The notes under the pieces are model-generated. The model was not told where the DNA came from and did no database searches. It was given only the letters and a program-made list of their open reading frames with translations. The position numbers and the translations under genes were made by a program. A stretch of DNA of 62,881 nucleotides, filler included, from Octopus bimaculoides (Eukaryota), in the NCBI RefSeq assembly GCF_001194135.2. It is 7 parts of 7 records of this genome, joined end to end, with 100 filler letters (N's around TTAATTAATTAA, not from the genome) between each part and the next. Parts side by side here need not be neighbours in the genome. Positions count along the whole stretch, not along the records: positions 49,710 to 54,822 come from NC_069002.1; positions 54,923 to 60,245 come from NC_068997.1; 5 more parts are not named here. The stretch is one strand, 5' to 3'. Positions 49,986 to 60,345 of the stretch are shown here, piece after piece. Numbering within the stretch: position 1 is the first letter of the stretch; every line of letters starts with the position of its first letter.

Positions 49986-51766
49986 ACATTGTTGTGTGTA
50001 AGTGTATTTATTTATGTGTTTCAGCCAAGTGGCTGCGGTCATGCTGGTGCACATATAGGATCTGCATGAATGTATAACATATTTCTATGCGTAGATTGTG
50101 GGATCATTTTTTTTGAGGATGTTTGCTTATTTTCTTTTGCGTGCTAAAATTATCTGGAATGGTGTTAAAAGATGTTACTGCCAAGAAATTGGCAACACCT
50201 AACCTAAAGATGAAGTCTTCAAATGGTAAACTGTGCAAATAATGAAATATTTTTTGGACTCATTTTTACTGTAATTGTTTATTTACATGCGTTACTGTGT
50301 GTAATGAAGGTAAGGATATATGTAAGTGCGTGTATATGTATGTGAAATGCGTGTATATATAATGTGATGTGTTGTTGGCATGCTTGCATCAACGTGTGTG
50401 CTTGTGTGATTGAGTGTGATTGTATATGCACTGTGTGTGTGTATAAATAGATACGCGTTTAAGAGTGTTAATAAGTGCGTATAACAGTGTATGTGTATAC
50501 AGGAATCTTAGTGACAACATTCATCTAGTAACCTCGCCTTCGTCAAACAATTGATAATTCGATCAACAAATCGATAAGAGAATCAAACGTGGCACTGCAG
50601 TGAATTCTGGAATTAGCGAACGACATTTTAGCTTCAGCAAAGGGAAACTAACCTCCTAGCAACTTCCAAGTGCAAATATACATTCATATACATATACACA
50701 AACATATGCACACATGCATATACCTTTAATAGATTTTAAACACCAATCTAATCTAATAACACGCACACATGTGTATATGTATTAATACATATGTATCATG
50801 AGCATAAAAATGTATGCATGTATGTACGTATGTATATATATAGTTGGCAAAAGATTAGAGATCTATACAAATCAAATTTTTATATATAGAAAATGGAGGT
50901 GGAAATAATACAGAAGTAGGTCTAAGATTTACTCCTGTGCTATTTCCACCTCCAAGTTTNNNNNNNNNNNNNNNNNNNNNNNNNNNNNNNNNNNNNNNNN
51001 NNNNNNNNNNNNNNNNNNNNNNNNNNNNNNNNNNNNNNNNNNNNNNNNNNNNNNNNNNNNNNNNNNNNNNNNNNNNNNNNNNNNNNNNNNNNNNNNNNNN
51101 NNNNNNNNNNNNNNNNNNNNNNNNNNNNNNNNNNNNNNNNNNNNNNNNNNNNNNNNNNNNNNNNNNNNNNNNNNNNNNNNNNNNNNNNNNNNNNNNNNNN
51201 NNNNNNNNNNNNNNNNNNNNNNNNNNNNNNNNNNNNNNNNNNNNNNNNNNNNNNNNNNNNNNNNNNNNNNNNNNNNNNNNNNNNNNNNNNNNNNNNNNNN
51301 NNNNNNNNNNNNNNNNNNNNNNNNNNNNNNNNNNNNNNNNNNNNNNNNNNNNNNNNNNNNNNNNNNNNNNNNNNNNNNNNNNNNNNNNNNNNNNNNNNNN
51401 NNNNNNNNNNNNNNNNNNNNNNNNNNNNNNNNNNNNNNNNNNNNNNNNNNNNNNNNNNNNNNNNNNNNNNNNNNNNNNNNNNNNNNNNNNNNNNNNNNNN
51501 NNNNNNNNNNNNNNNNNNNNNNNNNNNNNNNNNNNNNNNNNNNNNNNNNNNNNNNNNNNNNNNNNNNNNNNNNNNNNNNNNNNNNNNNNNNNNNNNNNNN
51601 NNNNNNNNNNNNNNNNNNNNNNNNNNNNNNNNNNNNNNNNNNNNNNNNNNNNNNNNNNNNNNNNNNNNNNNNNNNNNNNNNNNNNNNNNNNNNNNNNNNN
51701 NNNNNNNNNNNNNNNNNNNNNNNNNNNNNNNNNNNTTGTATTGAAGCATATTTTATTGTATCTGAA

Positions 51767-52021
51767 GAGAATCATTCTCTTTTAGTGCCTTATTATTTGA
51801 CAGGCCAGTTCGATTTCCATTCATTTACTTACATACATACATATGTGTATACACATACACACCGGTGCACACAGATGCGCAAAAACAAACAAACAAACAA
51901 ACAAAAAGAACGCAGTTCTGATAACGGACAGAGTCGACGACTATTGAAAAGGTTGCAAGACGAAAAAATAAGTAAATGAATGGAAATCGAACCAGTGAGG
52001 CACTAAAAGAGAATGACTCTC
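51767..52021. mobile_element. Fold-back element with inverted arms around a microsatellite spacer
   Basis: tcattctcttttagtgcct...gttcgatttccattcatttactta vs taagtaaatgaatggaaatcgaac...aggcactaaaagagaatga. Confidence 0.75.
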
Positions 52022-53323
52022 CCTAGACACAATAATAAATATACATACATGAAGAAAAGAAAGAACGAATGAAAGAAGGAAAAATAGGAAAGAAATAAAA
52101 GAGAGAAAAAAATAAATGGAAGGATGGAAGAAAGGAAAGAAAATGGGCAGCTCTATAGGTGTAATGTGTGCATGATCGCTCGACCTGCTAGATAAAACAA
52201 CCAAATCCCTCTTCAAATAACCAACCTTCTTAAAAGTAAAGGAAGGACACAGCCAATGCAGTCTCGGGCATACAAACACACCGGATGCTAATGACACAAA
52301 TATAGGTTTCATTATAGGTATCTGTTCCAGCTAGGCTTGACTACGACAACAACAACAACAACAATAATTGCTTGTCGTGTGACTATGTTTCCGGCAAGAT
52401 TAGAACTGCTCATTGGTTCCTCCCATTTCACTACCAAAGACCGCAATTATTTAAATAAATTTTTCCACGGATCCCAGACTTCAAATTTCTGAAAGGTTTG
52501 TCTACCTCCTAGGGTTTTATGGTTTTATGGATCCCAGCGGTATATTTGTGGACTTCTATGACTACATGGATCCTAGGTAAGGAACTACTGGAATGAGTTA
52601 AGTAGAGTACTGAGCTATTATGCAGAGAACTCACAGAAGACTTTGAAAATACGTTGCGCTTATATTTACATGATAATGAGCTTTACCACAACGAGGTAAT
52701 TAAGAGCAAGTTAATTAAGACTCCTCTCGATGTTGACGAGAGGTAGATATTAAATCAATGCTTAGATTTGATCGAGAGGTAGAGATGACAACAAAAATAC
52801 CAATATAATAGGTTGATAAATAATATGGAGGTCTGAATTAAAATTAGGAAAAGAATAACAAAAATAAAAGTGATGAAAGTAAAGATAAAACTCATCCGAT
52901 GTTTTAGTAAGAAAAGAAGACAGCTCTGGATCTATTTCAGTACTATTAGGCGTCCTTAATAGTCCAGTCAAATTGGCTGATGTTCCCCAGAATGCACCAC
53001 AAATTGCAGCAGAAGCGAAACCTGTTGGGAGTTGTTCAGTAAAGTACCCTTCATGATATATTAAAAGTTCCACAAAATCTTTTGATTGGAATATTTTTTG
53101 TGTGGGGGTGGGGTGAATTTTTGGATTTCAGGATTAGACGACCAAGGTATAAACAGGCATGGTAACACTTCTTATGAAGCTATCAAGACATTTTTAGTGT
53201 TCTAACCTATGTTTTTCCTGGTATACCTTTCACATAGAAGTGTCTTCCAAGAGATTTGGGGCTGCCCTATACTCTTACCAGGAAGTGTAGCTTCTCTGTA
53301 CCTTCCAGGTGCGTCATAAAATA

Positions 53324-54430
53324 CGAGGACTATTTTGAAAGTAAAGTAAATGAGGACAATTTTTATCCCTAACTGGCATAGGTCGTTGAAATCGGAACAT
53401 GTTGGTAAGGTAACTCTTTCTTTACAGTACTTTTTTTTATTTGTTTTTCCTTAGAAGCAAGCAATGGGTTCCAAGTTGAAGTAAAGTGCTGCCATCGAGT
53501 TTTTGTCGAAAGAGAAATGCAGATTGTCCGACATCCACTCCCAGCTATGGGTTGTTTACGGTGATGAAACCACTAAGAAGAGCTAAACGCATAACTAGGC
53601 GAAGAAGTTTAAAGAAGGCGGCGTCAGGACTAAAAACTAAGAGCACGAGCTTTGACCACAGACACGTGTCGCGAGTGAGTGATTCGCAAGGACAGGCGAA
53701 TTCCAATCAATGAGCTTGCTGTGCTGCTAGACTGCTGCCACACTGCATTACAGTAGATGGTAGACGACAGTGGGTATCGGAGTGTGGTTACCTTAGCTAT
53801 TACATCCGACTGAAAGAGGGAATTTCGTAAGTTTGGTCTGTTCTGCCAAAAGCTTGTGCAGCCAATAGAAGAGACGTTTGTTTCCGATCTGGTGCCAAGG
53901 CATGAAAGGTGGATTTTAAGATCTGGAAACGAAGAATCAGTTCATGGAATGGTGTCATAGCACTTCGCCAAGGCCTTAGCAGTTCAAGAACCTGAGATCA
54001 GTACAGAAAGCCATTATGACAGGGCTATTTTGTGGACGTGGGTGTGATAAGGGTGTAATTCTCCTTGATTTTCTGGAACGGGTTTGTACTGTGAATGGTG
54101 AAATGAGTCACTGAAAAAGCTTGGAGAAACCACCCAAAGAAGGATGCGGACATGAATGTGAAAACGATCCATTACGATCCTTTAGCACACATGCGTTTAG
54201 CAACAAACCAAGCAGTCGACAAAATATGTGGGTCAGTGATCCCATATCCGCCGTACAACCCGGTTCTGAAACCCTTATTTAGTCGAGGGTTTTGGGACAC
54301 CAATTGCATTGCACAGATAACGTGAAAGGTATTGTGAAAAAGTGGCTGCAACAATGCATGCATAATTTTTTTCCCAAAAGGATTCGGGGTTCACCGATGC
54401 GAAAATACATTGCCTCTGATAACGACAATG
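53324..54430 (+). mobile_element. Mariner, near full length, heavily decayed
   Basis: TA-cgaggactattttgaaagt terminus; AAIEFL..E....DIH...VYGD, GVILLDFLE, PYPPYNP and KKWLQ segments are collinear with a mariner transposase. Confidence 0.8.
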
Positions 54431-54446
54431 TTGTTGTAATACCTTT

Positions 54447-54534
54447 GGTATTCTTGGTATGCAATCTGCTGGCGGTGCAGAGTGCAGACGTAGATGCACT
54501 CTGAACCGCCAGCAGATTGCATACCCAGAATACC
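54447..54534. other. 88-nt near-perfect hairpin (40-bp stem, 8-nt loop)
   Basis: ggtattcttggtatgcaatctgctggcggtgcagagtgca-gacgtaga-tgcactctgaaccgccagcagattgcatacccagaatacc; 2 mismatches. Confidence 0.95.
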
Positions 54535-55379
54535 GAATGATACCTTTTAGTGATCATATTGAGAAATGCGCAAAACAAATGCTACCACAATTTATAATCT
54601 TTCCTTTTTATCAATGTGCCATTAAAACACCAACACAGATTAGATTAAATAAGGAAACCTTTTTCATTCAAAAATACAAACCCAAACTTAACCATTGCTA
54701 ACACATTTAAATAAGGAAATTCATCACCCCACTGAGGAAAAAAAAGGGGAAAAAAATATAGAACAAAACCATGGTAAATTAATCAAATTCTACCACCTCC
54801 TAGATTTCGATTATCTCCCCTANNNNNNNNNNNNNNNNNNNNNNNNNNNNNNNNNNNNNNNNNNNNTTAATTAATTAANNNNNNNNNNNNNNNNNNNNNN
54901 NNNNNNNNNNNNNNNNNNNNNNTATATATATATATATATATATATGACATATATATTGGCAGAAACATACCTTTAGCTCATATAAATGATTATACCAGTC
55001 TGTATAGTTTGAACATTTCAAGAAATCTACTTCCAAGCCTTTGAAAATTTTTTCAAACATCATATCCCTCTATATTTCTCCCCTTATTTGTTCTCTATTT
55101 ATTATTTCTTTACCCCTTCTCTTTCTATGGTCTACCTTTGACGCCAGATCTACTAACAGTTATTTAAAAATACTTAATAGCGTACTGTTTATCATTTATG
55201 CAGCCATCAAAATTGTTATAATGTCTTGTTGCTGAGATGGGTTCTCTTTCTTTCTTGATGAGAAGATTACATTATTTTACACCGTTTATTTCCTTTGGAA
55301 TAAAGCCAATGCTGTCTTCGAAACATATGTCGAAAGTAAAAGAATTGGAACAACACCTGCGTTCAACTCCATTTATTTA

Positions 55380-55420
<41 letters not shown>

Positions 55421-55424
<4 letters not shown>

Positions 55425-55816
55425 GAAAAGAAAATGAAGATATACAATTGGCAATTCAAAAATTAAAATTTATTAACGTAATATACTATATTATATTCTT
55501 ATAATAATATAACAAATAATAAATATTCAATACAAATTACATACAGTTATTTTGATTCTTACCCATAATGAAATTATAAAAATCCATGTTAGTGGGTAAG
55601 AATCTCTTCAGTGTAATGTTTGATATATGAGGAGTTGCAGATCCAGGAAAAGCTGAATTCGGTCTTTTCACGGATCTGTATTATATGTAACGTGTATTTA
55701 ATATTTATTATGTATTATATTATATTATTATAAGAATATAATATAATATTATATTATGTTAATAAATTTTAATTTTTGAATTGTCAAATGTATATCACCA
55801 TTTTGTTTTCATTTTT
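55421..55816. mobile_element. AT-rich fold-back element, ~125-bp arms with internal short inverted repeats
   Basis: 55421-55544 is similar to the reverse complement of ~55684-55814. Confidence 0.8.
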
Positions 55817-58249
55817 ATAAATTTAATATATAACCATGTGAATTGTAAAGTTTTCTCTACTAAATTGGATATTAGACAATTAAGCCAATGAAAAACTGAA
55901 TGTTTTTATCCCTATAAGAGGAAACTATTTTCCTTGTATTGAATTTTAATATTTTAATATATATATATATATAGATTCAGTAGGGCATATAATACCACTT
56001 GCTAAAATCAGAGCTAAGGCTCCAAAACCACCAGAAACACAATAAAGATACACAAGAGCAATGTAAAGAACATATGAGAAATAGGCTTACCTTTGCGTTG
56101 AATGCATCAGTAAGTATATATAATATACTATATGTATGTGTATGTGTATGTGTGTGTCTGTACCGTACACAAAATTAAAACAACGCAGGGTAATGAAGTG
56201 AACTTGTTTGTCTCTGCGTGTGTGATGTCTTTTAAGCTTTTCTGTTTTGGGTCTTTGCAGTGGTTTATTGAAGCACGTAAGCTTTAAATGAGAATCGAAA
56301 ATACATCACAGTTGCTGAACCCAGTAGAATATTTTCTCCGGTTGTTTCAGCAACTCTAGCGAGAAACGTATAAAACTAAAGGAAGAACGTATGAAGAAGA
56401 AATACATATCACATGAGTAGAAAATAAAACAGGAAAAATTCGAAGAATGAAAGGAGTTAAGGAACCTCATATTTTACTTACTAAAAAAGAAACAAACCAA
56501 TAAATATAGATATAAATAAAATAAAAAGTAAAGAATTCATAAAACCAAACACACACACACATTGTTATTTTTCTGACTTGAGAAAGTCGATCGTAATACT
56601 TCTATCTCACGCATCTATTGCACCAAATAGAGGTTTTCGTCTTATCTAACTTTATGTTTCTTTTCGTGACATTCTACCCTGAACTTTACAGTCAGGAATT
56701 TATCTTTTCAGTTATCATCCAAGTTAGTTAGTTTGTTTGTTTGTTTATTTGATTATTTATTTTTATTTATGTGCGTTCTTCATTCTTGCCGATCCTTTCA
56801 TCCATTCGTTTCCTCTGATATTTGTATTTATTAGTGATTTTTGTTTTCAAATTTTTATTTTGAAATCGTTATTACGTTGTATTTTCTATAAATAACCGCA
56901 TTTGATATATATACATTGATTCACAAACACACACATATGCTCATATATGAACATGCATGGTTACATACACATACAGACAGACACACATACACACTCACAC
57001 ACATTCAGATACACTCAGACACACGCACACACAAATATATTTATACGAGCAGCTTTGCAGATATACATGCATACATGGTCGTATGGTCAATTTGGTAGAA
57101 AGTCAACGTACGAAATTCGAGGAAAACAAGGAAAATTTTGGAAAAACATTAAAAAACTTAGATAGAGAAAACAAAATGATTAACGAATTAACAATGAATG
57201 CAAATTAATTACCATCTAATAATGAAAGAACATTCTTAAATTCGTTATTAATTCATTTTCAGATGAATTAAGCTAAAGCTCTTATTTCTCTCAATTAACT
57301 CCCTTCTTATACGCTAAGCACATTTTTCGTTTATGACATCCTGAGGATGGAAAGCTGAACACGCTCACTACGAAATCTATTTATAATAACGTCGATCGAA
57401 GCTATATAGGTAGCTCTCCTTAGTTTATGTTTTGTTCATGTCAGGCACTAAATCAAATATTATGTGCTCTGAAGAAAACACACAAAAGAGTTTTATAGTA
57501 AATGCATCAGACTTAAAGAATGGTTCAAACAAATATATTCTGATTACAAGAATAAAAAAAAAGAAAGACAAAGAAAATATATAAAAATGTTAAGATTTCC
57601 CGCATTGATTTTTGCATCTGGGTTTTCATAGGGGCTCCAGCATGTAAAAGTAAAAAAAAAAATAAAAAAATAAAAATGAAATAAAAAAAAGAATTGCAAC
57701 ATAAACTGAATAATTTTTGAAAATTATTTAGTTACAAAAAAAATGATCTATCTATAACCCATACGACTTTCTTAAATCTCGCCACGAACAGCTTTGACAA
57801 CAGCAACAGTCAGGATGTCACAAAAGCCGTCGAGCCCCGACAGAGCCTAGCTCCACTGAATGTAAAAGTATTATTTCAAGTAGCGAAAATGACAAAGAAC
57901 GGAATGTGGCGCATGGTGCTCTACTGCTTCTTCAGAATAATATCACTGAAACTGGAATAAATGCGGTAATTTTGATACAATATTAATCAAAGAAATTTGA
58001 TCAGGCGTCTAGGTTGATAGAGTCAAGAGTGATTTAAACTTTATCCTAGGTTAACATTGATAAATGTCGACCTTTAGGTAATTCGTGTTGTGTGTCCAGG
58101 TATAGTAATATTTTATTTTTGAAAACTGGATAAAGACAACTCTGTTCACAAACTATATGAACATTTCCTTGCGCCAACAGTCTATGATAGAGGGAACGGA
58201 CACTCGAACAAACGCAAAACACAAAACATCGGTGTTAGGTCAAACAAAA

Positions 58250-58980
58250 CTTTGCACATAAGCAACAATTGCGTGAAACAGAGACTGCTTCTTCTTGAAA
58301 ATTAGTATCCAAACGATATTGTTCAGTGGCCACAAAATATAACGCGGCAAGGTCACACAGAGGACCACAGTAATAGAGTTGAAGTTCCTGAAATTAACCA
58401 TGGTGACTTCTACACTATTAACGCATTAACGCCTATATGATCAACTTCTACATCTTCAGACCATGAATAATCATTTGCAAGCAGAGGGTAATGAAAAGTT
58501 ATTTAAATACACAAATGCAGCGAACCTCGCCTATTGTCTAAAATGCAGTACATTTTATATCATGGCTAAGGTTTTAGGCAGTGTATTAAATGATATAAAT
58601 ATATTCAGGATAGTCTGTTTTCGCTGATGACGTCAACAGATTTTATGCAACGTCTTCGACTGAAGGAAGTTAATAAAAAGTGGAGGAGCTAAAAAGACTG
58701 AAATTTGACAAAATTGTTAGAGAATGTTTTACTGATGCGGCACATATGAGTCGTGTTTATAGAGGTTTGGTAACAAGCTTAAAGGAATGTTTTCCGTTTG
58801 ATATCTATGCCCATTGATGTAGGTGCCTCCTAATTCTTGCTATGAAAATAAATACTCAACTACTCCATGGTGCCTTAGGAACTACTAAAAACCTCTCCAA
58901 CTTTCTTTGAGAGCCCCAGACCATATGCTGTCTTTGAAAGTCCGGAACGTCAAGACGCTGTACAGTACTCCTTTTAAGCA
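58250..58980 (+). mobile_element. hAT transposase relic (ZMYM1-like/DUF4371 type)
   Basis: QGHTE...NHGDF (RGH.E...N.GNF), FSVFADD (FS..ADE.TD), FTDAAHMSRVYRGL...IYAH*C (YDGA..MSG...GV...Y.HC); many stops. Confidence 0.65.
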
Positions 58981-59565
58981 TTAAGCTCATACAATATTTG
59001 TTCAAACTTTCTCTCTCTCTATCGTCTTTTCATTCGTTACATTTACAATGTATTAAAGTCAATGTTGATGAATCAAATGACTCAAGCGAGCAATATCATC
59101 TTGAGCATTACCAACAGTAGCAGATGCTGCGAATAGCTTCAGGTGGTGTTACTAAAACTACTTACAAGTGATATATTCTGTCTTCATCAAAATCGCTTGT
59201 ACATTCTTGTTACATCGACTTCTGCAAAGCGTTTCTCCAGCAGTCTCAGATGAATAAAGACATATCTGAGGAATACAACGGGTAAAACTAAATAAGGAGT
59301 GCAGAAACGCTCAATATTAAGAGTAAGAATGACAACAAATCTGTTGGAAAAGTGATTGGTATTTTAATTACTATGACAAATAGAAGACAATATTTCTTTT
59401 AAGTTGCTTGTTGTGTAATTTGCTGAAAGTGTATCATTAATTGATTTGGAGACTTTTAAAAATAAACTGGTATTTGTTGTTTTCATCCCAAACACATATT
59501 CCTTAAGCATAGGGTCACACATTTAATATAATATAATGTAATGCATTATATATATATATATATAT

Positions 59566-59800
59566 AAGACTATTTGCCAACATAATGTGGCTGTCCTGGA
59601 AAGGACGATTGTTACTATTGTTTAATCCCAGGAAACATCGTTTCCAGCTGACAATACGACACACTATGTGTCCTTATATTTTCGAAAATATGACACAGAT
59701 ATTCTGTCGTATAGCCAGCTGGAAACGATGTATTCTGAGACTAAACAACGGTAACAATCATCCTATCCAGGAGAGCCACTGTGTGTTGACAAATAGTCTT
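59566..59800. mobile_element. 235-bp imperfect palindrome (hairpin MITE-like)
   Basis: aagactatttg...caaatagtctt termini; the arms pair through to a central atattttcgaaaatat. Confidence 0.85.
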
Positions 59801-59874
59801 CACTTCAAAGAACTGATACTGAATATCTCTCTTTGAGAGATTTACAAATAATAATGTTACTTTTTGTTAAATAT

Positions 59875-59975
59875 ATACACACACACATACATACATACAT
59901 ACATACATACATACAGACAGACAGACAGACAGACAGATATACATACACACACACACATACACACACACACACATG

Positions 59976-60007
<32 letters not shown>

Positions 60008-60012
60008 TATAT
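59875..60012. repeat. (ACAT)n/(ACAG)n/(AC)n/(TA)n microsatellite
   Basis: Direct reading. Confidence 0.9.
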
Positions 60013-60025
60013 AGACCACAATTAT

Positions 60026-60245
60026 TGAATTCATCCATGAAAATCCACAATCACATATAGAAAAATTTAATAAGTAAATACACTAAAAAGACCTATAATA
60101 AATATCAAAAAAGTACAAAATAATAAATATTAGAATAGTAATATTTATTACTTTGTACTTTTTTGATTTTTATTATAGGTCTTTTTAGTGTATTTACTTA
60201 TTAAAATTTTCTATATGTGATTGTGGATTTTCAGGGATGAATTCA
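60026..60245. repeat. 220-bp near-perfect palindrome (106-bp arms, 8-nt loop)
   Basis: 60026-60131 vs reverse complement of 60140-60245: 102/106 identical. Confidence 0.95.
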
Positions 60246-60345
60246 NNNNNNNNNNNNNNNNNNNNNNNNNNNNNNNNNNNNNNNNNNNNTTAATTAATTA
60301 ANNNNNNNNNNNNNNNNNNNNNNNNNNNNNNNNNNNNNNNNNNNN

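Noticed and set aside
50159-50230. Possible first coding exon MVLKDVTAKKLATPNLKMKSSN with GTAAAC donor
   Set aside because: Too short and unsupported by homology or neighbouring exons.
872-51785. Long ORFs made of X, YI, CV, HT, L or I runs
   Set aside because: Read-through of N gaps and microsatellites.
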